The translations under genes and the position numbers were made by a program. The notes beneath the pieces were generated by a model. It had not been told where the DNA came from. It ran no database searches and saw only the letters and a program-made list of their open reading frames with translations. A DNA stretch of 64,000 nt from positions 224,001-288,000 of the forward strand of contig OZ244252.1 of assembly GCA_965217185.1 (NCBI GenBank), written 5' to 3'. Shown piece after piece: positions 60,477 to 64,000 of the stretch (position 1 is its first letter; the number at the start of each line of letters is the position of its first letter). Source of the stretch: an uncultured Candidatus Entotheonella sp. (GTDB lineage: Bacteria > Tectomicrobia > Entotheonellia > Entotheonellales > Entotheonellaceae).

Positions 60477-60977
60477 ATGCCATTCGATCCAGCGCTGTTC
60501 CGGCAGGTGCTCGGCCGCTTCGCCACGGGTGTGACGGTGATTACCACCTGCAAGGGAGATTCCAAGCACGGCATGACGGCGAACGCCTTCACGTCCGTGT
60601 CTCTTGACCCGCCGCTGATCCTCGTGAGCGTCGATAAGAAGGCCGACATGCACGACTGGCTGATAGACTCGGGTGTCTTCTGCGTCAACATCCTGCCGGA
60701 GCACCGCCGTGCCTGGTCCGACTGGTGGGCCGGCAAGGCGCCCAAGGACGGCGATCAGTTCGCCGATATACCCCACAGCGCGAAGGAGACCGGCAGCCCG
60801 GTGCTGGACGAATGTCTCGGCTTCCTTGATTGCAAGGTCTGGGCGCGCTACGAGGGCGGCGACCACACCCTGTTCGTGGGCGAGGTGCAGGAGGCCGCGG
60901 TGAGCGAGGACGAAAGCCTGCGGCCATTGCTCTTTTTCGCCAGCAAGTACGGCAAGTTGCAGGCGGAAGAAGGGTAG
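60477..60977 (+). CDS. Flavin reductase (HpaC-like)
   Basis: FRQVLGRFATGVTVIT, GMTANAFTSVSLDPP, GGDHTLFVGEV. Confidence 0.93.
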   Translation: MPFDPALFRQVLGRFATGVTVITTCKGDSKHGMTANAFTSVSLDPPLILVSVDKKADMHDWLIDSGVFCVNILPEHRRAWSDWWAGKAPKDGDQFADIPHSAKETGSPVLDECLGFLDCKVWARYEGGDHTLFVGEVQEAAVSEDESLRPLLFFASKYGKLQAEEG

Positions 60978-61012
60978 GGTGCCGGCGCTGCGCCGGGCGG
61001 AACGGGCCGGGT

Positions 61013-62197
61013 ATGTTTGAACTGACGGAAGCGCAACAGGGGGTGCGGAGCAGTATCGGCCGCTTTGCTCGGCGCGAATTGCGCTGGCGGGCCGGCAAGC
61101 TGGACGCTGCGCCGCCGGGCTCGCTGGACGCAGGCTTGCTGGCGCTGTGTTGCGATGTGGGTCTGCTGTCGGCACAACTGCCCGCCGATTACGGCGGCAC
61201 CATGGACGGCCTCAGCGCCGCCGTCGCGGCTGAAGAGTTGGCCTGCTGGGATGCGGGCACTGCAGCGCTGCTGATGGCCAACGGCCAGGCGCAAGCGGCG
61301 GTTTCGCTGTCGGGCAACCGTCGCCTCATGGACCTGATGTTTCCCGAAATCGTGGCTGCCGAAACCGCTCGTCAGTCGGCGCTGTGCGCCCTGGCTCTGA
61401 GCGAGCGGCACATGGGCAGTGACCTGCAGCACCCCGACGTGCCGACCACCGGGCGCATGATGGTGACCGCCAAGCGACGCGGCGGCGGTTATGCGCTGTC
61501 GGGCCGCAAGTCCTACTGTGCCATCGGCAACGCGGCCCGCTGGATTGCCGTCTTTGCCACCCTGAGCGAGGATCGCAGCCCCGAAGGGTTGACCGGTTTC
61601 CTTATTCCCACCGATGCCCCAGGTTTCCACGTTAGCGAGGTGTTGCCGACCATGGGCCTGCGGGCCTGCCCGCTGGTGGAGTTCTACGTGGAAAACGTCC
61701 GGGTGCCGCGCGAGCATCTGCTGACCGCCGAGGGCGGCGGGGCTGACTTGGTGCGCAAGTTGATCGCCCGCGGCCGTGCGCAGGCCGCTGCCGTCGCGGT
61801 GGGGATCGCTCGCGGCGCTTACGAATTGGCGCACCGGCACGCGGCCGGGCGGGTGCAGGGCGGTGGGCCGATCCTCGGTCATCAGATGGTGCAGGGCGCG
61901 CTGGCCGACATGGCCATGCGGATCGAGGCGGCGCGTTTGCTGACCCACAAGGCGGCGCTGTGCGACCCGCCGCAATTGGCTCTGAGCTCCATGGCCAAGG
62001 TGTTTGCCAGCGAGGTCGCCGTGCAGGCGGCCGGCGATGCCGTGCAGTTGCTTGGCGCCTACGGCACGACCCGCAAGTCGGGGGCCGAGAAGATCTATCG
62101 GGACGCCAAAATGACGCAGATCCTCGCCGGTACCAACGACATCTGCCGCCTTGCGGTGACGGCCCCGCTGCGGCAATCCGCCGGCGGGGCGACGTAG
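61013..62197 (+). CDS. Acyl-CoA dehydrogenase family protein
   Basis: LALSE..GSD, LSGRKSY, MGLRA, RVQGG, AKVFASE, QLLGAYG, RDAK. Confidence 0.88.
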   Translation: MFELTEAQQGVRSSIGRFARRELRWRAGKLDAAPPGSLDAGLLALCCDVGLLSAQLPADYGGTMDGLSAAVAAEELACWDAGTAALLMANGQAQAAVSLSGNRRLMDLMFPEIVAAETARQSALCALALSERHMGSDLQHPDVPTTGRMMVTAKRRGGGYALSGRKSYCAIGNAARWIAVFATLSEDRSPEGLTGFLIPTDAPGFHVSEVLPTMGLRACPLVEFYVENVRVPREHLLTAEGGGADLVRKLIARGRAQAAAVAVGIARGAYELAHRHAAGRVQGGGPILGHQMVQGALADMAMRIEAARLLTHKAALCDPPQLALSSMAKVFASEVAVQAAGDAVQLLGAYGTTRKSGAEKIYRDAKMTQILAGTNDICRLAVTAPLRQSAGGAT

Positions 62198-62204
62198 ATT
62201 CGGA

Positions 62205-62969
62205 GTGGCGCGCGTGGCAAAGACGGCCGGCATCGTGGTGATCGGCAACGAGATTCTCTCCGGCAAGGTGGTGGACGCCAATTCGCCCTATCTGTGCCAG
62301 GAACTGCGCCCGCTGGGGGTGGACGTGCGGCGTATCGTGGTGCTGCCGGATGACGTCGGGGTTATTGCCGAGCACGTCGCAGCATTCGCGCTGGCCTTCG
62401 ACTACGTGCTGACGACCGGCGGTGTCGGTCCGACGCACGATGACGTCACCATCGAGGCGGTGGCCCTGGGTCTGAGCCGGCAAGTGGTCATCCACCCCGA
62501 GTTGAGCGCCCTGTTGCAGGAACATTGGGCGGAGCGGCCCGCCGCGGTGCGGGACAAGATGGCGAGTGTACCGGAGGGTACGCAGTTGCTGATGGAGCCC
62601 AGCCTGCCCATCCCGGTTTTGCTGGTCGGCAACGTGTACGTCTTTCCGGGCATCCCGAAGCTGTTCCGGCGATTGTTTGACGACATCAAAGAGCGCTTCC
62701 GCGAGTCGCCGTATCACGTCCGGCACGTGTACGTGCGGGCCAGGGAGAGCACCTTTGCCCATCATCTGGAGGCCGTGATGACGGCGTTTCCCGACCTGAT
62801 GCTGGGCTCCTATCCTGAGGTGGACAACCCGGCGTATCGGGTCAAGCTCACCCTGGAATCCAAGGACCCGGCCTACCTGAAGCGGGCGTACCAGCACTTG
62901 CTGGCGCTGTTGCCCGCGGAGGTCGTGGCCGACGTGGCGCCCCAGTCGCGCGGAGGAAATGAGGCGTGA
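62205..62969 (+). CDS. CinA-like molybdopterin-binding-domain protein
   Basis: IGNEILSGKVVDAN, TTGGVGPTHDDVT, FPGIP, GSYP. Confidence 0.88.
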   Translation: MARVAKTAGIVVIGNEILSGKVVDANSPYLCQELRPLGVDVRRIVVLPDDVGVIAEHVAAFALAFDYVLTTGGVGPTHDDVTIEAVALGLSRQVVIHPELSALLQEHWAERPAAVRDKMASVPEGTQLLMEPSLPIPVLLVGNVYVFPGIPKLFRRLFDDIKERFRESPYHVRHVYVRARESTFAHHLEAVMTAFPDLMLGSYPEVDNPAYRVKLTLESKDPAYLKRAYQHLLALLPAEVVADVAPQSRGGNEA

Positions 62970-63514
62970 AGATTTACACCCGGACGGGTGACGCAGGCGA
63001 GACCGGATTGTTCGACGGCACGCGGGTGCCGAAAGACGCTGCACGGGTGGCGGCCTACGGGGACGTGGACGAACTGAACGCCGTGCTGGGCCTCGCCTTG
63101 GCTTTCGTGCGCGAGGACGACGACCTGCGACCGTGCCTGCTGACCATCCAGCGCGACCTGTTCACGGTCGGCGCCCAGTTGGCCGATCCGAGCGCGCGGG
63201 TCGAGGCCAAGCGCGGCGCCAAGGCCGCCTTCACGGAAGACAAGGTGAGCCAGTTGGAGGAATGGATCGACCGGTTCGAGGCGCAGTTGCAACCGCTGCG
63301 GCAGTTCATCCTGCCCGGCGGCTCGAAGGGCGGCGCCACCTTGCACCTCGCCCGCACCGTGGGACGCCGGGCCGAGCGGCGCATCGTTGCGCTGTCGCAC
63401 GAGGTCGAAATTGACCCCCTCATTGTGCGGTACATGAACCGGCTGTCGGATTTTCTGTTTGTCGCGGCGCGGCTGGAGAACCTGCACCGCCGCCATGAGG
63501 AAATTCCCTGGTAA
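62966..63514 (+). CDS. PduO-type cob(I)alamin adenosyltransferase
   Basis: KIYTRTGDAGET, YGDVDELN, FILPGG, RRAERR, NRLSDFLF. Confidence 0.93.
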   Translation: MKIYTRTGDAGETGLFDGTRVPKDAARVAAYGDVDELNAVLGLALAFVREDDDLRPCLLTIQRDLFTVGAQLADPSARVEAKRGAKAAFTEDKVSQLEEWIDRFEAQLQPLRQFILPGGSKGGATLHLARTVGRRAERRIVALSHEVEIDPLIVRYMNRLSDFLFVAARLENLHRRHEEIPW

Positions 63515-63525
63515 AGGAGCGCACA

Positions 63526-64000
63526 TTGATTTTCAAGGTAGCTCGATTGGGGCACCCGGTGCTGCGGCAGGTTGCCGAGCCGGTGCCACCGGATGAGATC
63601 ACGTCGCCGGAGGTGCAGCAGTTCATCGACGACATGATCGAGACCATGTATGACTACGACGGCGCCGGGCTGGCCGCCCCGCAGGTGCACGTGTCACAGC
63701 AGATCGTGGTGATGGAGGTAGCGCAGAACCCGCGCTATCCGAACGCCCCGGACATTCCGCTGACGGTCTACGTCAACCCGGAAATCACGCCGCTCACCGA
63801 TGAGAAGGTGGAGGACTGGGAGGGTTGCCTGAGCGTGCCGGGCATGCGCGGACGGGTACCGCGGCACACGCGGATTCGCCTGCAGGCATACGACCGCGAG
63901 GGGCAGCGGCTGGACTTCGTGGTGGAGGGGTTTCACGCCCGCGTCATTCAGCACGAGTGCGATCATGTGCAGGGCAAGGTGTACCTCGACCGCATGACGA
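63526..64000 (+). CDS. def: Peptide deformylase (3' truncated; absent from the ORF track)
   Basis: TTG start after AAGGAG; GHPVLR, GAGLAAPQV, EGCLSVPG, QHECDH. Runs off the window edge. Confidence 0.93.
   Translation, partial: MIFKVARLGHPVLRQVAEPVPPDEITSPEVQQFIDDMIETMYDYDGAGLAAPQVHVSQQIVVMEVAQNPRYPNAPDIPLTVYVNPEITPLTDEKVEDWEGCLSVPGMRGRVPRHTRIRLQAYDREGQRLDFVVEGFHARVIQHECDHVQGKVYLDRMT

Overview
GC-rich bacterial chromosomal window with about 55 coding regions and no rRNA, tRNA or CRISPR array. The gene content (amidohydrolase, ThDP enzyme, SDR, cadherin/PPC/Calx-beta repeat proteins, many TA and RM genes) suggests a host-associated bacterium, possibly a sponge symbiont of the Tectomicrobia type; that placement is inference only. 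Housekeeping and metabolic genes (lnt, ferredoxin, Mrp, pyk, csp, pap, sdh, thyA, def) alternate with accessory patches. These are a DUF1828-like gene split by a 191-bp MITE, a 6.7-kb block flanked by 53-bp direct repeats of a protein gene's 3' end, a type II RM pair and a 7-kb defence/TA island. The main signal missing from the ORF track is a stand-alone 24-aa PQQ precursor gene (pqqA, 43766-43840, minus strand). It has a consensus sigma54 promoter and its own terminator, and lies directly downstream of a di-heme cytochrome c peroxidase / sensor kinase / sigma54 activator operon. Also notable: a DnaA-box/IHF cluster with no dnaA in the window, a pseudo-receiver fused to pyruvate kinase, a 1232-aa repeat-built coiled coil ending in a MotB/OmpA domain, and GTAG-type REP elements. 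All family names come from motif recognition by eye, not database searches.
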